From assembly GCA_963813815.1 (NCBI GenBank), contig CAWFAD010000016.1, positions 416,001-480,000 of the forward strand: DNA of 64,000 nt. Reading direction: 5' to 3'. How positions within the stretch are numbered: the first letter of the stretch is position 1; every line of letters begins with the position of its first letter. The stretch is from an uncultured bacterium (lineage in GTDB: Bacteria > Krumholzibacteriota > Krumholzibacteriia > Krumholzibacteriales > Krumholzibacteriaceae). This document shows positions 56,267-64,000 of this stretch, one piece after another. The position numbers were made by a program, and so were the translations under genes. The notes below the pieces were generated by a model. The model ran no database searches. It was not told where the DNA came from and saw only the letters and a list, made by a program, of their open reading frames with translations.

Positions 56267-56665
56267 ATGACGAGAGAAGAAACGAAGAAAATTAGGGAGT
56301 TCGCCTTCGCCCTCGCGGTGCTGCTCGCGGTCGTGAGCCGCGTCCGCCTCTGGCGGGGGCACGATCCGCATACGGTATGGCTCCTCTGCGCCGGGGGGGT
56401 GCTCGCGTTCGCCGCGATATTCTTCCCCGCCGTTCTGCGTCCCCTCTATCGCGGCTGGATGGTGATCGCCCGCGGGCTGCTCTGGTTCAACACGCGGCTC
56501 CTGCTCTCGATCATCTTTTTCCTCGTCGTCACCCCTATCGCCTTGGGGTTCCGCATCGCCCGGCGCGATCCCCTCGAGAGGCGTTTCGGCCCCCGCGAAG
56601 CGAGCTACTGGAAGAGACGCCCGGCAGCCGTCGACGCCCGCGTCCGGTTCCGGCGGCAGTTCTGA
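56267..56665 (+). CDS. SxtJ-family membrane protein
   Basis: REF, P.VLRPLYRGW, NTRLLLSIIFFLVVTPI, RDPL, SYW, RQF; directly after the carbamoyltransferase. Confidence 0.85.
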   Translation: MTREETKKIREFAFALAVLLAVVSRVRLWRGHDPHTVWLLCAGGVLAFAAIFFPAVLRPLYRGWMVIARGLLWFNTRLLLSIIFFLVVTPIALGFRIARRDPLERRFGPREASYWKRRPAAVDARVRFRRQF

Positions 56666-56795
56666 CGGAGGGACCGCCGGCGCCCGGGCTCCCGGGAGGC
56701 GGGCGGTAGCCCTTGCGCGCGCCGCCGCGGCATGGTTTAATGCGCTGGGCGCGTTCCCCGCGAGTCGGGGAGCGGGGCGCCCGAAAGGATACGAG

Positions 56796-58160
56796 GTGGA
56801 CTTCAAGGCTCTGTTCGAACCGCGAACGATGGCGGTCGTGGGACTCTCGCTCACAAACGACGCGCACCCCGCGAATGTCATCTTTCACAAGAACTATCTG
56901 CGGTACCCGGTGAAGACCTACGGCGTCAATCCGCGCGGCGGGATGCACCGGGAAACGAGGATATTCCCTCGCATCGCCGATATCCCGGAGAGGATCGATC
57001 TCGCCGTGATCGCGGTGCGGGCCGAGCTCGTGCCCGCGGTCATGGAGGATTGCGTCAAGGCGGGGGTCGGGGGCGCGATTATCGTCTCCGGAGGCTTCGC
57101 CGAAACGGGCCGGCGGGACCTTCAGGATCGGCTCGCGGCGATCGCCCGGGAAGCGGACTTTCCGTTCATCGGGCCGAACTGCCTCGGTATCTTCTCGCAG
57201 CGCATCGACACCTTTTTCCTCCCGAGCGAGCGGCTCGTGCGGCCCGATCCCGGCAAGGTCGCGATCGTGAGCCAGAGCGGCGGCATCCTCGTCGATCAAA
57301 TGGTCAAGTTCGCCGGGCAGGGCATCGGGCTCTCCTCGGCCGTCGGGATAGGCAACAAGGCCATGATCGGCGAGATCGAACTGCTCGATTGGTTCGCGGC
57401 GGACGAGAAAACGAGCGTCATCGCGTTCTACATCGAGGGGTTCAACCGGGGAGAGGGGCGCGAGTTCGTGCTCAAGGCGAGCTCCTGCCCGAAGCCCGTC
57501 ATCGTGCTGAAATCGGGAAAAACGGCGGGCGGCACGCGCGCCGCCGTGAGCCACACCGCCTCGATCGCGGGAGACTACGCCGTGACCTCCTCGATCCTCG
57601 GCCAGTTCGGCATCGCCGAGGCGCGGAACGAGTTCGAACTCGTCTCGTTCTGCGAGTCGCTGAGCTGCTACCCGCAGTCGATTGGCAACAACCTCGGCAT
57701 CGTGACGGGAAGCGGCGGGCACGGAGTCGTGGCGGCCGACGCGTGCGTCGCGGCCGGCTTCAACGTGCCGCACGTGCCCGAGCCCGTGCAGGCGGCGGTC
57801 CGCGCCAAGCTTTCCCCGAGCATCCAGGCGATCGCCTCCCTCGGCAATCCGATCGATCTCACGGGAAGCGCGACGGACGACGATTTCGTGCGCGTGGCGG
57901 GCGAGCTGAGCGAGATGTCCGAGATCGATTGCGTGCTCCTGCTCCTGCTGCCCTATCTCCCCGAGGTCACCTCGGACGTCGGGGCGCGGCTCAGCCAGGT
58001 GTATCGCAGGAAGGGAAAGCCGCTCGTCGCCTACGTGCCGCACGTCGAGAAGTACCGCATGCTCATCGAGGGATTTCAGCTCAACCAGGTGCCGGTGTCG
58101 CACTCGATCGAGGGCGCGGTGCTCATGGCGGAAGCGATGCGCCGCCGCCGTCCGTGCTGA
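56796..58160 (+). CDS. ADP-forming acyl/acetate-CoA ligase, alpha subunit
   Basis: LFEPRTMAVVG, SGGFAE, IGPNCLG, SQSG, AVSHTASIAG (phospho-His), NPIDLTG. Confidence 0.9.
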   Translation: MDFKALFEPRTMAVVGLSLTNDAHPANVIFHKNYLRYPVKTYGVNPRGGMHRETRIFPRIADIPERIDLAVIAVRAELVPAVMEDCVKAGVGGAIIVSGGFAETGRRDLQDRLAAIAREADFPFIGPNCLGIFSQRIDTFFLPSERLVRPDPGKVAIVSQSGGILVDQMVKFAGQGIGLSSAVGIGNKAMIGEIELLDWFAADEKTSVIAFYIEGFNRGEGREFVLKASSCPKPVIVLKSGKTAGGTRAAVSHTASIAGDYAVTSSILGQFGIAEARNEFELVSFCESLSCYPQSIGNNLGIVTGSGGHGVVAADACVAAGFNVPHVPEPVQAAVRAKLSPSIQAIASLGNPIDLTGSATDDDFVRVAGELSEMSEIDCVLLLLLPYLPEVTSDVGARLSQVYRRKGKPLVAYVPHVEKYRMLIEGFQLNQVPVSHSIEGAVLMAEAMRRRRPC

Positions 58161-58195
58161 GCGGCGGGGGAAACGAGTCGCGGAGGGAGAGTGCA

Positions 58196-58891
58196 GTGGA
58201 TACGGCGAAGATCCTGGAAATCATCGAAGACTCCCGCGAGAACGGCTGGGTGCTCGAACCCGACGCGAAGCGTATTCTCGCGATCGCGGGGCTGGACGTG
58301 CCGCGTTTCGTGTGGGCCGGCAACGTCGATCAGGCGGTCGCGGCCGCGGCCGGCATCGGCTATCCCGTCGTCGCCAAGGTCGTCTCGCCGCGGGTGATTC
58401 ACAAGACGGAGGCCGGCGGCGTCGTCACTGGGATTCGAAACGAGGACGAGCTCCGGGCCGCCTTCGCGGCCCTCAGCCGCATCGAAGGCTTTCAGGGAGC
58501 CGTCATCGACGAGACGCTCTCCGGCGTCGAGCTCATCGTCGGCGCCAAGAACGACGACCAGTTCGGCCCCGTGATCCTCGTCGGGATCGGCGGCATCGGG
58601 GTCGAGCTCTATCACGATACGGCGATCCGTATGGCGCCGCTCGCCGCGCGCGACGTCGACTCGATGCTCCGCTGCCTGCGGGCGCACCGCCTGCTCGAGG
58701 GCTTTCGCGGGAAGGAGCCGGTGAACCGGGAACTCGTCGAGAAGCTCCTGCTCGGTTTTTCGGATCTCGTGATGGCGATCGGTAACGAGGTCGAATCGAT
58801 CGATCTCAATCCGGTGATGTGTACGTCACGCCGCGTGGCCGCCGCGGACGCGCGGATCATGCTCACTCCTCGGCAAGGTCCTCAGCTATGA
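58196..58891 (+). CDS. ADP-forming acyl/acetate-CoA ligase, beta subunit (ATP-grasp)
   Basis: GGAG RBS with GTG start; IGYPVVAKVVS...HKTEAGGV, ELIVG..D.QFGPV, IDLNP, DARI. Confidence 0.9.
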   Translation: MDTAKILEIIEDSRENGWVLEPDAKRILAIAGLDVPRFVWAGNVDQAVAAAAGIGYPVVAKVVSPRVIHKTEAGGVVTGIRNEDELRAAFAALSRIEGFQGAVIDETLSGVELIVGAKNDDQFGPVILVGIGGIGVELYHDTAIRMAPLAARDVDSMLRCLRAHRLLEGFRGKEPVNRELVEKLLLGFSDLVMAIGNEVESIDLNPVMCTSRRVAAADARIMLTPRQGPQL

Positions 58892-60224
58892 TCCTGTCCA
58901 TCTCGGCGGGAGTGATCCCGAGCACCTGCGACGCCGCTTCGCGCTGCTGGCCGAAGTGCGCGAGCGTGGCGCGAACGTGTTCGCGGACGACCGCGTCGAG
59001 CCGCCGCGGCATGAAGGCCGTCGAACCGCCGCGTTCGATCCGCTCCCGGATGTAAGCCGGCAACGATTCCGCCGTGATCGTATCTCCGTCGGCGTTCGCG
59101 ACCGCCCCCGCCACGATCGTGACGAGCTCCTGAACGTTGTCCGGGTAGCTGTACGTCGCGAGGAGCTCCAGACACTCCGGCGAGAACGAGTAGATGGTTT
59201 TGCCGGCCCGTTCCGCCTCTTCCTTGAGAAAGATCTCCGCGAGAAGCGGGATGTCCTTCGTTCTCTCTCGGAGCGGCGGAATGCGGATCGAGTTGATCAT
59301 GAGGTGGTAGAGGAGATCGCGGGAGAAGCGCCCGGCGTATTCGGGGCGGGTGAGGTCGTGCATGCTCGAGACGATCGTCCGGACGTTCGCCTTCCGGATG
59401 GCGGTCGAGTTCTCGCGGTAGTACTCGCCGGTCTGGAGGAGCCGCTTCAGCCGGACCTGCACGGGGAGCGTCAGCGCGTCGATGTGGTTGAGAAAGAGGG
59501 TGCCGTTGTCGGCGCGCTCGAGCAGCCCCGGCGATTCCTCGCGCGCGCCTCGCCAGTCGCGCGCCTGTCCGAAGAAGAAAGCGGGGAACTCGTCGGGGTC
59601 GCGGCTGTCGGCCTCGACGACGACGAAGGGGCCGTCGCGCCGCGGGCTCGCCGCGTGAATGGCGCGCGCGAGCATTTCCTTGCCGCTTCCGCTCTCCCCC
59701 CAGATGAAGATGCTCACGTCGGAGGCGGCGAGCCTCTCCGCCTGGTGGAACAGCCGGATCATGATGTCCTCCCGCGTCGGGAGGTAGGTGAACGCCGCTT
59801 CGTGCGCGAGATCCTGGCGCGTGAGATGGCTCGGAAGCCGGTCGATCGTCTCGTGGAGGGCGCGGGTTTCGATGGCGTTGCCGAGAACCTGGAGCAGATT
59901 CTCGTCGTCGACCGGCTTCGTGAGGTAATCGAAGGCGCCGAGCTTCATGGCGCGCACGGCGAGATCGACGTCGCTCACGCCGGTGAGGACGACGACGGGC
60001 GTCGTGTCGCCCTTGGCGCGCATCGAGCGCAGAATGTCCATGCCGCTCACGTTCGGCATGTCCATGTCGAGCATGACGACGTCGAACGTCTCGCGCGCGA
60101 GGGCCGCCGCGACCTCCCGGGAATCGTTCACGACGGTCGGTTCGAAGAGATCCGTCTGCACGAGAAAAACCATGAAGTAGTTGGTCACGGCCACGTCGTC
60201 GTCGACGATGAGGACCTTTCTCAT
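58863..60224 (-). CDS. NtrC-like response regulator with a degenerate AAA+ domain
   Basis: Intact receiver (VDDD, LDMDMP, YLTKP) and Walker A GESGSGKE. GAFTGA, Walker B, R-finger and sensor II are altered. Confidence 0.88.
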   Translation of the reverse strand: MRKVLIVDDDVAVTNYFMVFLVQTDLFEPTVVNDSREVAAALARETFDVVMLDMDMPNVSGMDILRSMRAKGDTTPVVVLTGVSDVDLAVRAMKLGAFDYLTKPVDDENLLQVLGNAIETRALHETIDRLPSHLTRQDLAHEAAFTYLPTREDIMIRLFHQAERLAASDVSIFIWGESGSGKEMLARAIHAASPRRDGPFVVVEADSRDPDEFPAFFFGQARDWRGAREESPGLLERADNGTLFLNHIDALTLPVQVRLKRLLQTGEYYRENSTAIRKANVRTIVSSMHDLTRPEYAGRFSRDLLYHLMINSIRIPPLRERTKDIPLLAEIFLKEEAERAGKTIYSFSPECLELLATYSYPDNVQELVTIVAGAVANADGDTITAESLPAYIRERIERGGSTAFMPRRLDAVVREHVRATLAHFGQQREAASQVLGITPAEMDRIIAEDLAEE

Positions 60225-62263
60225 GACGCTCCTTTCGCGGGAGGGGGCGCTCCCGCGCCTGACGGCGGCGCCGGTTTCGGTCCCGCCGGAGCCCCCGGCC
60301 GGGCGGCCGCCCTCGCCGGAAAGCGAACGGTGAAAGTCGTTCCGGCGCCCGGCTTGCTCTTGACCGATATCGCGCCTCCGTGCTCCTCGACGATGCGATA
60401 GACGATGGCGAGGCCGAGCCCCGTGCCGCCCTTCGCGCGCTTCGTGGTGAAGAACGGGTCGAATATCTGCTTGAGGGTTTTCTCGTTCATCCCGGCTCCG
60501 TTGTCCTCGACCTCGAACAGAACGCCTCCGTCCTCGGAGCTCGTCCGCACGGTGATGAGGCCGCGAACGTCGTCCCGCATGGCCTGCCCGGCGTTCACGA
60601 GGAGGTTCACGAGCACCTGCTCGATCTTCTGGGCGTTGCCGGCGAACGTGGGAAGGCCATCGGCGAGATCGAGCTTGATGTCGGCGTGCTTGTGGATCTC
60701 GTTGTGCACGAGCCGCGCGCCCGCTTCGATGAGGGTGTTCATGTCGATCGTGTCGACGAGAAGCCCCTCGTCCTTGCGGGCGAAGGTGCGGAGCCCCTCG
60801 ACGATCCCCTTGATCCGCGTCGAGCCGTGGTCCATGTCGTCGATGAGCGTCATGATGTGCTTGCGGAAGAAATCGTAGTTGAGCTTGGCCACCTTCAGGT
60901 CGGGATGCGCCTTTTGGTATTCGTCCATGACGGGGAGCATGTCCTCGAGCGCCTGCTTCAGTATCTTGACGTTGCCGCGGATGAACTGGTTCGGGTTGTT
61001 GATCTCGTGGCCGATGCCGCTCACGAGCTGCCCGAGCGAGGCGAGCTTGTCCGCCTGCTGGAGCTGCTGCTCGTACGTTTTCTCGAGGGTGACGTCGCGG
61101 TAGTACTCCATGATCCCCTCGACCTCGTGATCCTTGTTGTAGACGGGAAGCGCGTGGACCTCGAGGAACTTGTTGTCGAGCTTCATCGTGAGGGTGACGG
61201 GAGCCTTGTCGCGCATGATGCGGGCGAGGCGGCAGTCCTCGCACGGGCGCTCGCGGTTGAAGAAGCTCGCGTAGCAGAAATTCCCGGGCTGTATGTCCGC
61301 GCGGTTCGTCATGACGACCTTGTGGCGCGGATCGATGAGCACGACCTCGTCGGGAATCGCCTTGAACATCGTCTCGAGGGTCGCCCGCGACTCTTCCCAT
61401 CCTCCCTTGACGCGATCGAGGTACGAGTTGACGACCTGCAGCTTCTGTCTCTGCTCCTCGAGCTGCCGCGTGCGCTCGGCGATCTCGCGCTCGAGCTCCT
61501 CGAGGTGTTTCTTGAATCCAGCTTCCTCGCGCTGCTTGGAGATGAGGTTTTCCTTGAGCTCCTTGCGGTCGAGGGCGAGGTTGAGCATGCGGGCGATCTC
61601 GTCGAGCATGCGCTGCTCCTCGGGAAGGAGCTTGCGGTTCTCGTCGTGATATCCGACTCGGATCTCGCCCTTGTCCCGGTCGCCGATCACGAGGTGGACC
61701 GACAGGTAGTTGCTCGACGACGGTTTCTGCCCGTATTCGATCCCCTGATAGACGGAATACACGACTGCCTCGTCCGGATAGAGCATGCCGGGGGCGAGAT
61801 AGCGCGGAAGGTCGGTGAAGAACTCGCTGATCGAGTTCGACACCTCGATCCACTCCGCGACGTCGTACAGGCAGGTGAGCTCCTTGACGCGCTCGGCCTT
61901 TTCCCATTCCTGCGGGTTCCGCAGGGTGTTGAGCTTGTTTCCGAAGAAGATGTAGATGCCGCCCGAATCGGTCTTGCCGTATCCGGCCCGGAGCGGCAGG
62001 GGACGCACGTTTTCGCGCGCGGCCGCGAGAATGGCGATCGCGCGGTTGCCGACGCGCGCCTGCGCCATCGCCGAATGGAAGGTGGCGAGCGAATCGGCGG
62101 CGAGGATGTCGCCGAGCGTGCGGTCGCCGAACGAGGACTGTCCCCCGAAGCTGTCGCGGGAGAGTATCGGGCTCGCGTGGACGATGCGCTCGTTCTCGTC
62201 GGCGGCGAGCAGATAGTCGAAACTGCTCTCCATGAGGGAGTAGAGGTCGTCGATCCTGATCAT
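60221..62263 (-). CDS. Cytoplasmic PAS/GAF-like sensor histidine kinase
   Basis: ERVKELTCLY, coiled coil, Cys-containing PAS (CYASF..RERPCEDC), SGIGHEINNP, QVLVNLLVNA, EDNGAG, FDPFFTTK, GTGLGL. No TM segment seen. Confidence 0.92.
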   Translation of the reverse strand: MIRIDDLYSLMESSFDYLLAADENERIVHASPILSRDSFGGQSSFGDRTLGDILAADSLATFHSAMAQARVGNRAIAILAAARENVRPLPLRAGYGKTDSGGIYIFFGNKLNTLRNPQEWEKAERVKELTCLYDVAEWIEVSNSISEFFTDLPRYLAPGMLYPDEAVVYSVYQGIEYGQKPSSSNYLSVHLVIGDRDKGEIRVGYHDENRKLLPEEQRMLDEIARMLNLALDRKELKENLISKQREEAGFKKHLEELEREIAERTRQLEEQRQKLQVVNSYLDRVKGGWEESRATLETMFKAIPDEVVLIDPRHKVVMTNRADIQPGNFCYASFFNRERPCEDCRLARIMRDKAPVTLTMKLDNKFLEVHALPVYNKDHEVEGIMEYYRDVTLEKTYEQQLQQADKLASLGQLVSGIGHEINNPNQFIRGNVKILKQALEDMLPVMDEYQKAHPDLKVAKLNYDFFRKHIMTLIDDMDHGSTRIKGIVEGLRTFARKDEGLLVDTIDMNTLIEAGARLVHNEIHKHADIKLDLADGLPTFAGNAQKIEQVLVNLLVNAGQAMRDDVRGLITVRTSSEDGGVLFEVEDNGAGMNEKTLKQIFDPFFTTKRAKGGTGLGLAIVYRIVEEHGGAISVKSKPGAGTTFTVRFPARAAARPGAPAGPKPAPPSGAGAPPPAKGAS

Positions 62264-62288
62264 GCGGGCTCCTCTCCCCGGAGAGACG

Positions 62289-63998
62289 CTATCGTCTCAC
62301 GCGGAACCGTCCCGTTCCCACTTCCCTGATCTCGCGCTTGTACTTCCCGCCGTGCGTGAGCGGCGGCATGATCACGCCCGTCTCGACGACGGCGCCCGTC
62401 GGCACGAGGCGCACCTTCGCCGGGAAGACTCGCTCCTGCCCCGTGTTCCAGTAGAAGCGCGCGAGGTCGCCGAGCTTCTCTCTCACGAGCGCCTCGATCG
62501 AGGCCGTCGTGTCCTCCGGAATCGCGATTCCGAGCTCCGCGGCGAGCCCCGCGAGGACCTCGCGGCCGGATACCCCGGCGCCCGGCTCCATCGCGCGGGC
62601 GTACTCGACGAGCGAGCCTTCGAAGTTGCACCGCGTCCCGGCGGTCTCGAGGAAGGTCGATCCGGGGAGCACGACGTCGGCGTACTGCGTCGTCTCCGTG
62701 CTCGCCCAGTCCATCGCCGCGAGGAACTCGACGTTCCGGAACCATTCGCCGGTGGTTCCCCAGGCCATCGGATCTTCGCCGATGATGAGCGCCGCCTTGA
62801 TCTCGCCGGCGGCGAGCAGCCCCCGGAGCTCCTCGCGGCTTCTCGCGCCCGCGACGCCCGCGGGATGCGGCGCGCGTCCGGGGCCGAAGGCCGGATCGGC
62901 GCCCATGAGCTCGAGCGCGGCGCTGTTCGCGTGGAGCCGCGGCAGCAACAGGTCCGCCTCGACGCCGGCGGCGCGCAGCAGGATCGCGAGGTTCGCGAAC
63001 GTTTCCAGGTCGCCCGGGGCTTGATCCTGAACGCGGTCCGGGCTGTGAATGACGACGACCCGGCGGGCCTCCTTCACGAGGGCGGCGGCGGCGCGGATCT
63101 TTTCCGCGGCGACGCCCGTGAGGGCGGCGACGCGGTCGAGCGCGAAGTCGCGGCTCTTGAGAAATTCCTTCGCTCCGGCGATCTTTTTCACCGCGGCGCT
63201 CTTGATCCATCCCTCGTCGACGAGGATCTGGATCACGCCGTTCCACAGGATCGCGGCCCTCCCGCGCATCGGGTCGAGCGAGAGCGTCGAGAGGACCTCG
63301 TCGGTCGTGTCGAGGGTCGAGTTCGAGACGATGAGCTTCGCGCCGCTGCGCACCGATTCGATGACCCTCGCCGCGAGGATGAGGTGATCCGACTCGAGGG
63401 AGGTGTTGTTGCAGATGACGAGGTCGGCGTGGTCGATGGCGCTTCGGTCGGCGGTCGAGGCGGTGAACCCGAGCGATTCGTCGAGGACGCCCGCCTCGGT
63501 CCCCGTCCCGAGGATCGAGAGGGAGGCGACGTTGTTGGTGCCGAGGCCCTCGCGCGCGATGCGCGAGGCCAGGTACAGCTCCTCGTTCGTGAGCTCGGGC
63601 GAGGCGAACACGGCGACCTTTCCCGGGCCGTGGGCGGCGGCGACGCGTCGAAGTCCGTGGACGACGAGCTTCTGGGCCTCGCAGAGATCGCCGGTCTGGA
63701 TCTCGCTGCCGCGGCGGATCTCCGGGGCCGCGATCCGGCGGCGCTTGATGAAGAGCTCGTTGCCGAAGCGTCCGTAGCGGCAGAGGTAATCGCCGGGGAT
63801 GCCGGAGGGCGCGACGTACCAGCGGCCGGGACCGAAGCTCTTTACGGTCATCGAACACGCGAGCGAGCAGAGGGCGCAGTGCGTAGAGGCGTCCTCGGTC
63901 TCGAGGCAGGCGCGCCCCGGGAAGGGGTACTTGATCGTGAGCGCCCCCGTCGGGCACGAGTCGACGCAGTTGCCGCAGGAGACGCAGCTCGTCTCGAC
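62289..63998 (-). CDS. NuoG/FdhF-like Fe-S oxidoreductase, C-terminal part (5' truncated by the window edge)
   Basis: Frame open to the edge: CVSCGNCVDSCPTGAL, THCALCSLAC...LCRYGRFG, TNEELY, LGTNNV, IIGEDP, ADVVLPG..FLE..GT..NFEG. Confidence 0.85.
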   Translation of the reverse strand, partial: VETSCVSCGNCVDSCPTGALTIKYPFPGRACLETEDASTHCALCSLACSMTVKSFGPGRWYVAPSGIPGDYLCRYGRFGNELFIKRRRIAAPEIRRGSEIQTGDLCEAQKLVVHGLRRVAAAHGPGKVAVFASPELTNEELYLASRIAREGLGTNNVASLSILGTGTEAGVLDESLGFTASTADRSAIDHADLVICNNTSLESDHLILAARVIESVRSGAKLIVSNSTLDTTDEVLSTLSLDPMRGRAAILWNGVIQILVDEGWIKSAAVKKIAGAKEFLKSRDFALDRVAALTGVAAEKIRAAAALVKEARRVVVIHSPDRVQDQAPGDLETFANLAILLRAAGVEADLLLPRLHANSAALELMGADPAFGPGRAPHPAGVAGARSREELRGLLAAGEIKAALIIGEDPMAWGTTGEWFRNVEFLAAMDWASTETTQYADVVLPGSTFLETAGTRCNFEGSLVEYARAMEPGAGVSGREVLAGLAAELGIAIPEDTTASIEALVREKLGDLARFYWNTGQERVFPAKVRLVPTGAVVETGVIMPPLTHGGKYKREIREVGTGRFRVRR

Positions 63999-64000
63999 GA

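Noticed and set aside
54448..56665. Saxitoxin biosynthesis (sxtI/sxtJ)
   Set aside because: No sxtA, sxtG or other sxt genes in the window; the pair is widespread outside toxin clusters.
62289..63998. Selenocysteine formate dehydrogenase
   Set aside because: No in-frame TGA or Cys at the Mo-ligand position.
1..64000. Many long overlapping or antisense ORFs (e.g. 12561..14789, 17350..19590, 31499..33502, 40510..42816, 52439..54373)
   Set aside because: R/A/G/P-rich shadow frames expected in high-GC DNA; each overlaps a gene with clear family motifs.

Overview
A GC-rich bacterial chromosome segment with about 49 protein-coding genes. I saw no rRNA, tRNA, CRISPR array or mobile element. Secreted proteins ending in 'YPNPFNP...KLVLLR' and 'ATEETSWGAIKSLF' suggest an FCB-related candidate phylum such as Krumholzibacteriota, Latescibacterota or Eisenbacteria (inference, not tested). 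Much of the window serves peptide and amino-acid scavenging: SppA, GGT, Met/Cys lyase, S8, S9, M29 and M48 peptidases, a POT-like MFS transporter, histidine ammonia-lyase and a split ADP-forming acyl-CoA synthetase. The core accessory locus (about 17.4-30.8 kb) is a PEP-CTERM/exosortase system: PEP-CTERM protein, exosortase, EpsI, a membrane protein, a TPR lipoprotein, PrsK, PrsR, a DNRLRE-like lipoprotein and a GH-like lipoprotein, with a readable sigma54 promoter and enhancer. Divergent from it is a secreted protein with a C-terminal 'SWGAIKSLF' tail. The same domain recurs at 43 kb in a lipoprotein without the tail, which suggests the tail is an alternative, little-characterised sorting signal. 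Other notable items are a sigma54-activator homologue that has lost nearly all ATPase and sigma54-contact motifs, a Cys1-less PurF, an 18-aa CxxC leader ORF and a 48-aa Cys-rich microprotein. Clusters of single-base indels at about 21-25 kb and 37.6-38.3 kb break several genes and look like sequencing or assembly errors.
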